Shown: in pieces, positions 1 to 13,054 of the stretch
Position numbering within the stretch: the stretch's first letter is position 1
Layout of the letters: the number at the start of each line of letters is the position of its first letter
Assembly: GCA_963823555.1 (NCBI GenBank)
Contig: CAWGMA010000003.1
Coordinates: forward strand, 352,001-416,000
Direction: 5' to 3'
DNA: 64,000 nucleotides
Source: Candidatus Eiseniibacteriota bacterium
Lineage (GTDB): Bacteria; Eisenbacteria; RBG-16-71-46; CAVPCR01
The notes under the pieces: generated by a model
What the model saw: only the letters and a program-made list of their open reading frames with translations
The model's database searches: none
What the model was told of the DNA's origin: nothing
Position numbers and translations under genes: made by a program

Positions 1-538
1 CGAGGGGCAGGCAGCGATGGAGATCGAGTACGCGGCGGCCGCGGCGGAGTCCGAAGGCGGCGCGGAGTCCGAAGGCGGCGCGGAAATCAGGACCGCAGGC
101 TTCTCCTGTGCATTGATCGAACGCACCGCTTCGGGTCATGATGCAGAGGGAACGGATCCGGCCCGCCGGGAACCGGTGCTGCCGTTCGCGATCGACTGGG
201 GCCCCCTCTTCGCCGCCATGCTGGCGGCGCTCGAGGACGGCCGTTCGCCGGGGTCGATCGCCTACCGTTTCCATGATGCGCTCGCTGCCGCCATCGTGAT
301 GGTGGCCGAGCGCGCCGGCCGGGAGCAGGTGGTGCTCTCGGGCGGCTGCTTCCAGAATCGCATTCTTCTCGAACGCACCGTGGCGCGTCTCACGGCGGCC
401 GGGTTCCGCCCGTACTGGCACCAGCGCTTTCCGCCGAACGACGGCGGCATCGCGCTCGGCCAGGTGGTGGCGGCACTCGCCGCCCGCAGTCGCGGCGCCG
501 CCCACGCCGGCGCGATCGCGGCGCGTGGGGAAAGCTGA
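1..538 (+). CDS. hypF: HypF carbamoyltransferase, C-terminal part (5' truncated by window)
   Basis: EGQAAM..E, FHDALA, VVLSGGCFQN and PPNDGGIALGQ motifs; directly upstream of hypCDE. Confidence 0.93.
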   Translation, partial: EGQAAMEIEYAAAAAESEGGAESEGGAEIRTAGFSCALIERTASGHDAEGTDPARREPVLPFAIDWGPLFAAMLAALEDGRSPGSIAYRFHDALAAAIVMVAERAGREQVVLSGGCFQNRILLERTVARLTAAGFRPYWHQRFPPNDGGIALGQVVAALAARSRGAAHAGAIAARGES

Positions 539-548
539 GGAGTCGACG

Positions 549-821
549 ATGTGCCTTGCAGTTCCGGGCAAGATCCTTGATGTCCATGGGACGGATCCGC
601 TCTTGCGCAGCGGCCGGGTCGATTTCGCCGGGATCGTGCGCGAGGTGAACCTGTCCTGCGTCCCCGAGGCCAAGGTGGGGGACTACGTGCTCGTCCACGT
701 CGGGGTCGCCATCAGCGTCGTGGACGAGGCGGAGGCGGCGCAGGTCTTCGAGTACCTGCGGCAGATGGGGGATCTCGCCGAGATCGATCCCATCTCCGGG
801 CTCGAGGAAGGCGCGAAATGA
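549..821 (+). CDS. hypC: Hydrogenase maturation chaperone HypC
   Basis: Starts MCLAVPG; has [10 protein letters not shown]. Confidence 0.97.
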   Translation: MCLAVPGKILDVHGTDPLLRSGRVDFAGIVREVNLSCVPEAKVGDYVLVHVGVAISVVDEAEAAQVFEYLRQMGDLAEIDPISGLEEGAK

Positions 822-1945
822 GATTCATCGACGAGTACCGGGATGGCGCCGCCGCCGCCCGCTATGCTCGAGCCATCCGCCGCGCGACCACGCGGCCATG
901 GACGATCATGGAAATCTGCGGCGGGCAGACCCATGCCATCGTCAAGTTCGGCGTCGACGAGCTCCTGCCGCCCGAGCTGACGCTCGTGCACGGGCCCGGC
1001 TGTCCGGTGTGCGTCACACCGGTCGAGCTGATCGAGAAGGCGCTCGAGATCGCCGCCCGCCCGGAGGTCGTCTTCTGCTCCTTCGGGGACATGCTACGGG
1101 TCCCGGGCATCTCCCGCGATCTGTTCTCGGTGAAGGCGGCCGGAGGCGACGTGCGCATCGTCTACTCGCCGCTCGATGCGGTGCGCATCGCCCGCGAGAA
1201 CCCGGACCGCGAGGTGGTCTTCTTCGCCGTGGGATTCGAGACCACAGCACCCGCCAACGCCATGGCGGTCGTCCAGGCCGCGGGGGCGGGGATCGCCAAC
1301 TTCTCGATCCTGGTCTCGCATGTTCTCGTGCCGCCGGCCATGGAGGCCATCCTCTCGGCTCCGGCGAACACCGTGCAGGGCTTTCTTGCTGCCGGCCACG
1401 TGTGTACGGTGATGGGGTTCACGGAGTACGAGCCGCTTGCGAGCAAGTACCGGGTGCCGATCGTCGTCACCGGATTCGAGCCGGTCGATATCCTGCAGGG
1501 CATCCTCATGTGCGTGCGCCAGCTCGAGTCGGGGCGAGCCGAAGTGGAGAACCAGTACGCGCGTGCGGTCCGGCGCCAGGGGAACCGCCCGGCACAGGAG
1601 CTCATTCGCCGCGTGTTCCAGGTCGTGCCGCGGAAATGGCGCGGGGTGGGCGAGATCCGCGAGAGCGGACTCGGCCTGCGCGCGGAGTATGCGTCCTTCG
1701 ACGCCGAGCTGCGCTTCGGGGTGGCGGATCACACCGCCGAGGAATCCCCCGATTGTCGGAGCGGGCTCGTGCTGCAGGGGGTGCTGAAGCCGTTCGAGTG
1801 TCCGGCCTTCGGCACGACCTGCACCCCCGAGCATCCGCTGGGAGCGACCATGGTCTCCTCCGAAGGGGCTTGCGCCGCCTACTATCGCTATCGGCGGTGG
1901 AACGCGGCGCCGGCCGCCGCCGGCGATCGTGTGAGCCAGCGATGA
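818..1945 (+). CDS. hypD: Hydrogenase maturation protein HypD
   Basis: [24 protein letters not shown] and [12 protein letters not shown] motifs. Confidence 0.97.
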   Translation: MRFIDEYRDGAAAARYARAIRRATTRPWTIMEICGGQTHAIVKFGVDELLPPELTLVHGPGCPVCVTPVELIEKALEIAARPEVVFCSFGDMLRVPGISRDLFSVKAAGGDVRIVYSPLDAVRIARENPDREVVFFAVGFETTAPANAMAVVQAAGAGIANFSILVSHVLVPPAMEAILSAPANTVQGFLAAGHVCTVMGFTEYEPLASKYRVPIVVTGFEPVDILQGILMCVRQLESGRAEVENQYARAVRRQGNRPAQELIRRVFQVVPRKWRGVGEIRESGLGLRAEYASFDAELRFGVADHTAEESPDCRSGLVLQGVLKPFECPAFGTTCTPEHPLGATMVSSEGACAAYYRYRRWNAAPAAAGDRVSQR

Positions 1946-3009
1946 ACCGCGAAGCCGATCCCGAAGCCGGTCCCGGCTTCCAGTGTCCGATCCCCATCCA
2001 CGAATACCCGCAGATCCTGCTCGCTCACGGCGGAGGCGGAGCGCTGATGCGCGACCTCATCGAGCGCATGTTCTTGCCGCTATTTGCGCATCCGGCGCTC
2101 GATGCCCGCCATGACGGGGCCGTCGTCGAGCTTCCCGGGCGCCGGCTCGCCTTCACCACCGATTCCTACGTGGTGCAGCCGCTCTTCTTTCCTGGCGGCG
2201 ACATCGGTAGTCTCGCCGTCAACGGGACGGTGAACGACCTCGCCATGTGCGGCGCCCGTCCGCTCTACCTGAGCGCTGGTTTCATTCTCGAGGAAGGCCT
2301 GCCCATGGCGACCTTGTGGGAGGTCGCTCGCTCGATGCAATCGGCGGCCGCCGCGGCGGGGGTCGCCTTCGTCACGGGCGACACCAAGGTCGTGGATCGT
2401 GGCAAGGGGGATGGTCTCTTCGTCAACACGGCGGGGGTCGGGGTCGTCGAGCACGAGCGCGTCATCGGGCCAGCCGAGATCCGACCGGGAGATGTCATCC
2501 TCCTGAGCGGGGACATCGGCCGGCACGGGATCGCCATCATGGCCGTGCGCGAAGGGCTCGAGTTCGAGAGCGTCGTCGAGAGCGATTGCGCGCCCCTCGT
2601 CCGGCCGATCGCCGATCTCCTCGCCGCGGGCATCGCGGTCCACTGCCTCCGCGATCTCACCCGCGGTGGGCTCGCGAGCGCGCTCTCAGAGATCGCAACG
2701 ACCGCCGGCCGGCAACTCCGCATCGAGGAGGTTGCGATCCCGGCGCGCGAGGATGTGCGGGGCGCCTGCGAGATCCTCGGGCTCGATCCCCTCTACGTGG
2801 CCAACGAGGGACGCTTCATCGCCATCGTCGCGGCCGCCGACGCCGAACGGGCACTCGACATCCTCGGCGCCCACCCTGTCTGCCGGGATGCCGCGATCAT
2901 CGGCTCCGTGCTCGAGGACGAGCGCGGCCTCGTCACGATGCGGAGCCGTATCGGTGCCACCCGCATCATCGATCTGCTCTCCGGCGAGCAGCTCCCGCGC
3001 ATCTGCTAG
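1942..3009 (+). CDS. hypE: Hydrogenase maturation protein HypE
   Basis: [21 protein letters not shown] and C-terminal LPRIC; ATG at 1942 overlaps the hypD stop. Confidence 0.97.
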   Translation: MNREADPEAGPGFQCPIPIHEYPQILLAHGGGGALMRDLIERMFLPLFAHPALDARHDGAVVELPGRRLAFTTDSYVVQPLFFPGGDIGSLAVNGTVNDLAMCGARPLYLSAGFILEEGLPMATLWEVARSMQSAAAAAGVAFVTGDTKVVDRGKGDGLFVNTAGVGVVEHERVIGPAEIRPGDVILLSGDIGRHGIAIMAVREGLEFESVVESDCAPLVRPIADLLAAGIAVHCLRDLTRGGLASALSEIATTAGRQLRIEEVAIPAREDVRGACEILGLDPLYVANEGRFIAIVAAADAERALDILGAHPVCRDAAIIGSVLEDERGLVTMRSRIGATRIIDLLSGEQLPRIC

Positions 3010-3051
3010 ATCACGCATGCTTCGCGCCGGGCGCGGCGCACCGAAACCCCG

Positions 3052-4629
3052 TCAGAGTCCGGCGGCGATGTCCGTGCGCCCGGTGATGCGGTAGAGGGGA
3101 CCGGCGGGCTCGACCGCGAACCGGGCCACCAGCTCGGGCTCGAGCTCGGTCACGTAGACCGGCCGCTGCTCGAGGTTGCCCTCGATGAGCCAGGCTCGCA
3201 AGAGCGAGGTACGGAGCCCGAACGGGGGCACCCTGATGCCCGGGTGGTGCTTGCGGATGTAGCGCCGGTACCACGGCCAGTCGATGAGGTTGTCGTAGAG
3301 CACGGCCACATCAGGGCGTGGTGAGAGCACGGTCGCGCCGTACCACAGGGAGAAGGTGCGGCCGTCACCGCGTGAGACGACGAGCGCATCCGGCGCGAGC
3401 ACCGCGATTCCCTCGCGCGCGTACTCGTACGCGGTATCGTCGCGCTCGCTCACGGCCGCGCGCCCGGAGACCACCACGAGGCTCAACAGCGCGGCGGCGA
3501 CGACGGCGGCGGCGGCGGCCCCTGGTGCGCCGGACAGAGCGCCCGCGGGAAGCCGGACGCGGGCGAGGATCGAGACGAAGGCCACCGCGCCCACGCCGGC
3601 AGCCAGGGCCAGCGCGAGCACGGCCGGCAGGTAGTACGCCGCGGGATCGGGAATGGCATAGGCGGCGGCGGCGGCGCTCGTGCCGACGAAGAGGAGGATG
3701 AGCGCCACCGCTTCGCGCCACGCGCGTCGCACGAGGAGGATGAATCCACCGGTGGCAAAGGCCGCGCCGCCCAGCCCGAGCTGGGCGAATGGCCCGGCCA
3801 CCAGGGCGTCGCGGAACCGCTCGCCGAAGAGTTCGAGACCGGAGCGCAGGAAGTGGCCGCGGAAGGGCGCGCCGCTCATCGTCCACCACAGTCCCGACCA
3901 GGTCTCCGGATCGCCCCAGTCGAAGGGCGGATTGAATCGCGAGCGGAGGAGCAGCGCGAGGTAGAGCGAGAGCGGAATCAGGAAGAGGAGGATACTGAAG
4001 ACGGCGTTCGCCAGGCGCGGCCGCTCGCCGCGCCGGATCCAGCGGAGCCCGATGTAGGCGAGGGTGATGCCCAGGAATGGCAAGGTCTGGAGATGGTGCG
4101 CCATCCCCAGACCGAGAAGGTACGCGGCGAGGAGGCCAGCCCGCTGCCCGCCGGTGAAGAGAAGCGCGAGCGCCGAGGCCACGATCGCCAGGTGGAGCGT
4201 GTACACCTCGCCGATCAAGGCCTGATTCCAGAGCGTGAGCGAGGCGGCGAGGAACGCTCCGGCGAGCGCTCCGGCCGCGTTGCTCGCGAGCCCGTCGCGC
4301 CCGAACACGCGTGCCGCGAGCGCGCGTCCAGCCACGGCGGCGGCCGCCACCGCCGCCACCGCCGCGAGCAGGGTGATCACATTGAGCGCGCTCACCGGGA
4401 GCGGGACCAGGAAGCCGGCCGTCCGCACCAGGAGCATGAGGAGCGGGTATCCGGTCGGGTGCGGCACGCCGAGCGTGCGCCCTGCCGCCTCGAGCTCCGG
4501 CCCATCCTCGCCGAAGTGAGCCCAGGTGGCGAGCGGGGACCACGCCGGCAAGTAGAGCGCGAGCGCGAAGATCGCGGCGAGGAGGACCGCCCAGTGGCGG
4601 CGGAGCGCGCTCGGCCTCGCTGTGTTCAG
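3052..4629 (-). CDS. DUF2723-like polytopic membrane protein (GT-C fold, TMEM260-like glycosyltransferase)
   Basis: EDGPEL..., LGVPHPTGYPL and EVYTLH motifs, many TM segments; open frame extends to a CTG at 4629 (start uncertain). Confidence 0.75.
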   Translation of the reverse strand: MNTARPSALRRHWAVLLAAIFALALYLPAWSPLATWAHFGEDGPELEAAGRTLGVPHPTGYPLLMLLVRTAGFLVPLPVSALNVITLLAAVAAVAAAAVAGRALAARVFGRDGLASNAAGALAGAFLAASLTLWNQALIGEVYTLHLAIVASALALLFTGGQRAGLLAAYLLGLGMAHHLQTLPFLGITLAYIGLRWIRRGERPRLANAVFSILLFLIPLSLYLALLLRSRFNPPFDWGDPETWSGLWWTMSGAPFRGHFLRSGLELFGERFRDALVAGPFAQLGLGGAAFATGGFILLVRRAWREAVALILLFVGTSAAAAAYAIPDPAAYYLPAVLALALAAGVGAVAFVSILARVRLPAGALSGAPGAAAAAVVAAALLSLVVVSGRAAVSERDDTAYEYAREGIAVLAPDALVVSRGDGRTFSLWYGATVLSPRPDVAVLYDNLIDWPWYRRYIRKHHPGIRVPPFGLRTSLLRAWLIEGNLEQRPVYVTELEPELVARFAVEPAGPLYRITGRTDIAAGL

Positions 4630-4632
4630 GGA

Positions 4633-5901
4633 CTACATCTCCCGCCAGGTTGTCACCGAGTAGGGCGAGATCGCGGTCAGGCGCTGGAGCGCGATCGACG
4701 AGTAGAGGATGTCGGCGTTGCCGCCCACGGTCTGCTGGTCGATGCCGCCCTGGGAGAGGACGGCGCCCCAGATATGGATCCCCGCGCCGCCTCCGGTGAA
4801 GGTGATGTCGCCGAGGACGAGCACCATGCCGTACCAGGTGAAGGAGCCCGAGCAGTCGAAGTCGCCGTCGACGATGAGCAACCCGCCGCCGTTGACCCCA
4901 CCCGAGGTGTGCATGTCTCCGGTGCAGTGAACGACGGTGTACTCGGTCCGCGTTCCCCAGGCGGTGTTGGCATACGTGCCCTGCGGGACCACGTGCTCGG
5001 CGAAGGCGACATACTCGTCACGGAGAGCCTGGAGGTCCATGTTGACCGGCGAGGATTGCACCGAGGGCTCGGAGCCGTCGCCCTCGATGTTGTTCTGCTG
5101 CTGCGGGCTGAGGCCGCCGGTGATGTTCAGGGGGTCGCCGGTCGTCAAGATCCCCGGAACCTCCGGGTTCGCCGTCAGGAGCCCGGTGTCCGGGTCCCAG
5201 TCCCCGCCGCTGATCAGGAACTGCGTGCCGTTGAACTGGTAGTCGTCATCCTCGGAGTAGATCGCGGCGTCGATGACCTGGAACGGCATCTTGATCGCCT
5301 CGACCTCGATCGTGCGGTTGGCCGCCCCCTGCGTGCCGCACGAGGTCACGACCAGGACCGGGAATCCGCGCATCACGTTCTCGATCGGGGGCGTCTGCAT
5401 GTTGCGGTCGTGGTCCCCGAAGAGGACCACCTGATTGGTCTGGGTCAGCTTGTAGTGCACCTTGGCCCAGGGGTAGCTGACGACATTGTTGGCCTGGCGG
5501 GTGAGGACCTCGGGGTACGACTCCCCGCTCTCGTCCACCTGGCCGTCGCCGTCGTTGTCGAGGTTATCGGTCTCGGTCTCGGCGATGTCGGGATCGTTCG
5601 CCGACTCGCCCGAGCCGAGGACGACGTAGCGCCCCCAGCCCGGGGTCGAACCCCAGCCCGAAACCTGGCCGATGAAGTTGGTGGAATCGCGGTGATCGCT
5701 CATCCGGGCCAGGGTCTCGGCATAGCCCGCCTCGGCATGGTAGAGCGCCTGGTTCCAGCGCATGTCGTGACCCGCGATCTGGGTCTCGGTCTTGGTCTGG
5801 GCCATGAAGAGGCCGCTGATCAGCGTCAAGCTCAATAGAACGAGCAGGCTGATCAGGAGCGCGCTGCCGCGCTCGCGCTGTCGATTCTCGGAAGGCACCA
5901 T
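4633..5901 (-). CDS. PilX-like minor pilin / pilus assembly protein
   Basis: ERGSALLISLLVLLSLTLI N-terminus, QALYHAEAG, DNDGDGQVDE Ca-binding-like motif. Confidence 0.8.
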   Translation of the reverse strand: MVPSENRQRERGSALLISLLVLLSLTLISGLFMAQTKTETQIAGHDMRWNQALYHAEAGYAETLARMSDHRDSTNFIGQVSGWGSTPGWGRYVVLGSGESANDPDIAETETDNLDNDGDGQVDESGESYPEVLTRQANNVVSYPWAKVHYKLTQTNQVVLFGDHDRNMQTPPIENVMRGFPVLVVTSCGTQGAANRTIEVEAIKMPFQVIDAAIYSEDDDYQFNGTQFLISGGDWDPDTGLLTANPEVPGILTTGDPLNITGGLSPQQQNNIEGDGSEPSVQSSPVNMDLQALRDEYVAFAEHVVPQGTYANTAWGTRTEYTVVHCTGDMHTSGGVNGGGLLIVDGDFDCSGSFTWYGMVLVLGDITFTGGGAGIHIWGAVLSQGGIDQQTVGGNADILYSSIALQRLTAISPYSVTTWREM

Positions 5902-5938
5902 CTCTTGACGCTCCTTGACTGAACCCCCGGGAAGACCA

Positions 5939-8092
<2,154 letters not shown>

Positions 8093-8152
8093 TTCGCGTC
8101 CTCCCCGGGATCGGAGGCCCGCCTTGTCGGCCGGCCCGCGTCCCGTCGAAGC

Positions 8153-8575
8153 TCAGCGACCACGGTTGCGGTAGGTGGTCAGCTCGACAGTCTGCGTGCC
8201 CTTGTGCGTGGCCCAGGACGAAGCCAGGTCGATACGCTTCGAGCCGGGGACCGGGGCGTTTTCCGTGACCGTCCAGGTCACCGTGTAATCATCGATCGAC
8301 TCCGAGTAGTTACCGGCCTGCAGGGAGTCGTAAGGGACGGCCATGAGATCGTCGAGACGCTCCTGGCCGGCCTGGACCGCCTGGCTGCGAACCCGCGCCT
8401 GGGTCACGCCGGCCAGAGCGAGCGGGACGACCTGGGCGATGGCCAGGAGGCCGATCCCCATCACCGTGAGCGCAATCATGACCTCGACCAGGCTGAAACC
8501 CCGGTCGCGGCGGTGAGCGCGCCGGAGGCGCGATCTCAGCGGCCAGCGCAATGCAAGCATCAGACCCTCCATCAC
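8153..8575 (-). CDS. PilV-like minor pilin
   Basis: RGFSLVEVMIALTVMGIGLLAI prepilin motif. Confidence 0.85.
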   Translation of the reverse strand: MMEGLMLALRWPLRSRLRRAHRRDRGFSLVEVMIALTVMGIGLLAIAQVVPLALAGVTQARVRSQAVQAGQERLDDLMAVPYDSLQAGNYSESIDDYTVTWTVTENAPVPGSKRIDLASSWATHKGTQTVELTTYRNRGR

Positions 8576-9063
8576 TCGACTCGAACCTGGCCGGTTGGAG
8601 CCAGCAGGATCAAGCTCTGCGACTCGCCATCGAGGCCGCTCACGACCAGGCGACCTGTTTCCGAGGCGCTCCCGTTACGAATGAAGATCACCTGATCGCC
8701 CGAGAATCCGAGCGAATCCGGATTGCTGAGCGCCACGTGCTCGGGCATCGTGAACGGCCCCAGGGTGGGCTCGCCGTTGTCGGCCACCCCATTCTCGTTC
8801 TCGTCGCTCACGATGAGGTGCGTGTCGGTGTTCTCATCCCAGCTCACGATTTGCGGTACGCCCTCGGTCACGGCCTTTTGCCGGGCGAGCCGCATGTGAG
8901 CGGCGAGACTGATCGTGGCGCCCTTGACCGAGTTCGCCCGCAGGTGACGGGTGAAGGCGGGAATGGCGGTCGCCATGGCGATGGCCATCAGGGTCAGCGC
9001 CACCATCATCTCCACCAGCGAGAATCCTCGCTCTCTGCGCTCAACCCTCATCTTCGCGCACAT
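8572..9063 (-). CDS. FimT/GspH-like minor pilin
   Basis: RGFSLVEMMVAL prepilin motif; ARQKAVTE; start approximate. Confidence 0.85.
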   Translation of the reverse strand: MCAKMRVERRERGFSLVEMMVALTLMAIAMATAIPAFTRHLRANSVKGATISLAAHMRLARQKAVTEGVPQIVSWDENTDTHLIVSDENENGVADNGEPTLGPFTMPEHVALSNPDSLGFSGDQVIFIRNGSASETGRLVVSGLDGESQSLILLAPTGQVRVE

Positions 9064-9370
9064 GCCCACCTCGAATCGCTCAAGTGCTCCGGTCGATGAC
9101 GGCTCACTGTGAGACGCCGGCGGTAGAGCACCGGCTGCCTGTTCGATCTGCTGCAGACTGCGCGGCGCAATCCGCAAAGAGCCAGCATCGGCGGGGTTCT
9201 GTCTCGGGGCCGGTCACTGCGCTGAGGCGGGTAGACGTGGTCTCACTTGGACTTGTCCCCGTTCTCGGCCAGACCGGCCGGAATATCCGGGACATGGCAG
9301 CAGCAAGAGAGAGGCCAAGGCGAGGATGCGGTGGCGGAGGGGCAGATGCCCCCGGGAGTGAAGTGTGGGC

Positions 9371-10345
9371 TCAGGTCTGGGTCGTGGAGGTCCGGGTCCG
9401 CTGGTCGTCGCGATTTTTCGCGATTTGACGGAGGATATCACGCTCCTCGGAGCTCAGGTCCGTGGGGACCGTGATCAGGACCTCGGCCAGGTGGTCGCCG
9501 CGACGCCCCTCGTGGTCCTCGATTCCGGCGCCGGCCATACGCAGCACTCGCCCCGAGGGCGTACCCGCGGGGATCGCCAGGCGGGTCCTTCCCTTGAGGG
9601 TCTCGACCTCGATCGTGCCGCCGAGCGCGGCGATCCAGAACGGCACGGAGACCCGGCTCCTCACATTCAGACCTTCCCGCTCGAGCTCGGGATGGGCGGT
9701 GATGCGGAGGGTGATATAGAGGTTGCCCGGCGGACCGCCGCCGGGGGCGTCGTTTCCCCGTCCCCGGAAGCGCAGCACCTGGCCGTCGGCGGCTCCGGGC
9801 TTGAGGCGCACCGAGATCGTCTCGGTCTCGGGCTGCCGATCTCCACCCGACACGGTCGCCAGGCGCTCATACTTGAGCGTCTTGGTCGTCCCGCGAGCCG
9901 CCTCCAGGAAGCTCAGGTCGAGGAGGAAGCGGAGGTCTGCCCCGCGCCGGCCACGCCGGCCGAAGGGCTCCTCGGAGAATTCCTCGGGGCCGAAGCGGCT
10001 CCGGCGGAAGCCCCGCCGATCACCGAAGGGCGATGCTCCGCCGCCGAACAGGTCGGCGAAGATGTCCCCGAAGCTGGCATAGATGTCCTCGGTCGAGCTG
10101 AAGCCTCGGAACCCCATGTCCTCGACGCCCGAACGCCCGCGCTGATCGTAGGCCTGCCGCTTCTCGGGGTCGCTGAGAACCTCGTAGGCGTTCGAGGCCT
10201 CCTTGAAGCGGTCCTCGGCTTCCTGGTTTCCCGGGTTCTTGTCCGGATGGTACTTGAGGGCCAGGCGCCGGTACGCCTTCTTGATGTCCTCGATCGAGGC
10301 ATCGCGGGCGACCCCGAGGGTCTCGTAGTAATCGCGTTCAGCCAT
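9371..10345 (-). CDS. DnaJ-class co-chaperone without zinc finger (CbpA-like)
   Basis: J domain DYYETLGV...[10 protein letters not shown]-rich region, C-terminal domain; no CxxCxGxG repeats. Confidence 0.9.
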   Translation of the reverse strand: MAERDYYETLGVARDASIEDIKKAYRRLALKYHPDKNPGNQEAEDRFKEASNAYEVLSDPEKRQAYDQRGRSGVEDMGFRGFSSTEDIYASFGDIFADLFGGGASPFGDRRGFRRSRFGPEEFSEEPFGRRGRRGADLRFLLDLSFLEAARGTTKTLKYERLATVSGGDRQPETETISVRLKPGAADGQVLRFRGRGNDAPGGGPPGNLYITLRITAHPELEREGLNVRSRVSVPFWIAALGGTIEVETLKGRTRLAIPAGTPSGRVLRMAGAGIEDHEGRRGDHLAEVLITVPTDLSSEERDILRQIAKNRDDQRTRTSTTQT

Positions 10346-10600
10346 GGTCCTTGGAGAATCTCTCGTCGACTCCCGCGCCGCCTGGCGGCAACTCCTCCAG
10401 CCGGAACCTCCGGGCTCGAGGGGGGAGTCTAGCTCGAAACTGCCTCGATTGGATCCATCCCGAATCCGCGCCGATTCGCCGGCTACCGTTCCCTGCCCTC
10501 ACCCTCCCCGGCGGTCGGGTCCGCCCCTGCCGGCCATCCAGTTTGCCATCGGAGCGCACGATAACGGGATGGGGCCGGATCTCCGGCTGCCGGCAAGACC

Positions 10601-12595
10601 ATGAACGATCCCTACGCCATCTTTCTCATCGAGTTCCTGAACTCGGCCGAGGAGCTCATGGCCCGTGTCCGGGCCGAGCTCGACCAGTTGCGCGCGAGCA
10701 CGGATGAAGCTCCCGACCTGACCGCGCTCATGCGCGGCTTTCACTCCCTCAAGGGCAACAGCTCTTTCGTGCCGGACTGCCCCATCACTCCGCTGGCTCA
10801 TGTCGCCGAGGACGTGGTGAGCGCGGCCCGCGAGGGTGCCGTCGACCCGGAGCAGCTCATCGAGCCGCTGACCGCAGCCATCGATTGTATCGAGATGCGG
10901 CTCGAGGAGTACCGCCGCGGGGAGCCGGTCGTGCCACCGACAAGCCGTGAGCAGGAGATCCTGAGCTCCCTCAGGACGGTCAGCGAGAACGCCGGCGGTC
11001 GTCGTCCGTCTTCGCGTTACTTCTTCGCGGGCGAGGATGTCACCGAGGATCTCGAGTTCCTCGGCCGCGAGCTACAGAACAGCGCCGATGCCCCGCGCCT
11101 CGGAGCCATCCGGGATCGGCTCGCTCGTCTCGCCGCGGCGAGCGGGGCCAGCGGGATCGATGATCTCGGTGGCGACGCGGAGCCCGACGCGCGATCGCTT
11201 CTCCGCTGGCTCGCCGACCGAGCCGTGCGTGTCCCCTTGGCCAAGGGAGCCAGCTTGCTTCGCGGCATGTCCAGCTCAGGTGGCGGGGGGCCGCGCGGCA
11301 GTCTGGTCCCGCGGCACTTCACCATCGATGCGCAGGTCGTGGACGAGTTCCTCGATCACGCGGTCGAGTTGCGTGTCTTCGGCGAGCGAATGGCGCGACT
11401 GGATCGCCGTCTCCGCGAGATGGTGGAAACACCGGGCGTGTCCCGCGGTGATCGACCCGATGTGGAGCTGGAGCGGGTTGCATGCGAGTTGCGGGCCGTG
11501 ACCAGCGCCTTTGCTCCACTCGCCGCGAGGCTCCAGGCCCGGCTGCTCGCCATCCGCCGGTTGCCCGTCAAGCGTCTGCTCGAGCGTCATGCCGCGATGA
11601 TCCGGGACCTCGCGCCCAAGCTCGGCAAGGAGGTCGAAGTCGTCATCGAAGGGGGATTGACCCCGGTCGACAAGAGCATCATGGAACAGCTCGAAGCTCC
11701 ACTCACGCACATGGTACGCAATGCCGTGGATCACGGCCTCGAGTCCCCTGGGGGGCGGTCGGCGCAGGGCAAATCGTCTCGGGGTCGGATCGTGCTCCGG
11801 GCGTCGACGGAGGGGCAGTGGTTCATCCTCGAGGTGGCGGACGATGGACCGGGGATCGATGTGGAGGCGCTCCGGCGCTCGGCCGTCGAACGGGGCTTTC
11901 TCAGCGCCGAATCAGCCAGGCACATGAGCGACGAGCAGGTGATGCATCTCGTCTTCCTCCCCGGCCTGAGTTGCCGCCGGGAGGTGAACGAGCTTTCCGG
12001 CCGCGGCATCGGCATGGACCAGGTGTTCGCGACGGTTCGCCAGCTCCGCGGCAGCGTCCGGATCCACAGCGAGCCCGGGCAGGGATCGCGATTCGTCATT
12101 CAAGTCCCGGATACCGGATTCGCCGTCGTGCGCTGCGTCCCAGTCCGGGTCGGAGACATGAGCTTCTTCATTCCGCACGATGCCACACGGCGCTGGACCG
12201 ATTCCGGCATCGATCCCGAGCGGGATGGTCCACTCATCACCCTGGCCGAGATCGCTCACCATCTGGGCATCGCCGAGGAGCGTCTGATCCGGACTCGGAA
12301 GGGGGACCCGGAGGAGACCGGTCGGGCCGGCAAGAGGAGCCGGAGCGGGCGCGGGCTCATCGTCGTTCTCGAGGGCCGGGGCCGCCGCTTCGGCCTCGAG
12401 GTGGATGAGGTCGGGAGCGAGGCCGACGTGGTCGCGCGGCCCATCGATCGCGAGCTCGTTCGGGCTCCGTTGTGGTGCCTGGCTGCTCTGGGAGAGGAGG
12501 GGGAAACCCGACTCGTGCTCGATGTCGACGGGCTGGCCGCGATCCTGCCGGCTCTCAGGAATCGTCCTTTCCCGGCCGTGTCGGATGCGGCCTAG
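10601..12595 (+). CDS. cheA: Chemotaxis histidine kinase CheA
   Basis: HPt FHSLKG; HMVRNAVDHG, DDGPGID, GRGIGMD boxes; C-terminal CheW-like domain. Confidence 0.92.
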   Translation: MNDPYAIFLIEFLNSAEELMARVRAELDQLRASTDEAPDLTALMRGFHSLKGNSSFVPDCPITPLAHVAEDVVSAAREGAVDPEQLIEPLTAAIDCIEMRLEEYRRGEPVVPPTSREQEILSSLRTVSENAGGRRPSSRYFFAGEDVTEDLEFLGRELQNSADAPRLGAIRDRLARLAAASGASGIDDLGGDAEPDARSLLRWLADRAVRVPLAKGASLLRGMSSSGGGGPRGSLVPRHFTIDAQVVDEFLDHAVELRVFGERMARLDRRLREMVETPGVSRGDRPDVELERVACELRAVTSAFAPLAARLQARLLAIRRLPVKRLLERHAAMIRDLAPKLGKEVEVVIEGGLTPVDKSIMEQLEAPLTHMVRNAVDHGLESPGGRSAQGKSSRGRIVLRASTEGQWFILEVADDGPGIDVEALRRSAVERGFLSAESARHMSDEQVMHLVFLPGLSCRREVNELSGRGIGMDQVFATVRQLRGSVRIHSEPGQGSRFVIQVPDTGFAVVRCVPVRVGDMSFFIPHDATRRWTDSGIDPERDGPLITLAEIAHHLGIAEERLIRTRKGDPEETGRAGKRSRSGRGLIVVLEGRGRRFGLEVDEVGSEADVVARPIDRELVRAPLWCLAALGEEGETRLVLDVDGLAAILPALRNRPFPAVSDAA

Positions 12596-13054
12596 ATGAT
12601 CATGGAGAGCGTCCTGGTCTTCGAGGTGGGGGAGGATCTGGCAGCGGTCCCGGTCGGCGTGGTGGAGGAGATCCGCGATCGCGCGTCGCTGACGCCCGTC
12701 CCTGGTGCCCCCGACGACGTGCTGGGCCTGCTCCAGCACGGGGGCCGCATGATACCGGTCATCGACGTCGCGAAACGGATGGGGCGGAGCTCATCCGATC
12801 CTGTCTCGGCAGACCATCCAGGCTGCGTCATCGTGATCCACAGCGAGCAGCACGCGGTGCGATGGTGGTGCGGGTTGGCCGTGGCACGTGTTCTTGGCGT
12901 TCGCCATCCGGACGATGATCCTGGTGGGGACGCGCCGCTCCTCGACCTGCACGCTTTCCTGACCAGCGCTGGAGCCGGGGTGGCCGGGACTCGGCTGGAC
13001 GGAGCACCACGGGATGGCGCTGGCGGCATTCCAGAATCCATAGCGAGGACCTGA
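12596..13054 (+). CDS. cheW: CheW adaptor
   Basis: [10 protein letters not shown]...[24 protein letters not shown]. Confidence 0.85.
   Translation: MIMESVLVFEVGEDLAAVPVGVVEEIRDRASLTPVPGAPDDVLGLLQHGGRMIPVIDVAKRMGRSSSDPVSADHPGCVIVIHSEQHAVRWWCGLAVARVLGVRHPDDDPGGDAPLLDLHAFLTSAGAGVAGTRLDGAPRDGAGGIPESIART

Noticed and set aside
44..83. 18-bp tandem duplication (AESEGG x2) inside hypF
   Set aside because: In-frame duplication in a variable loop; no sign of wider significance.
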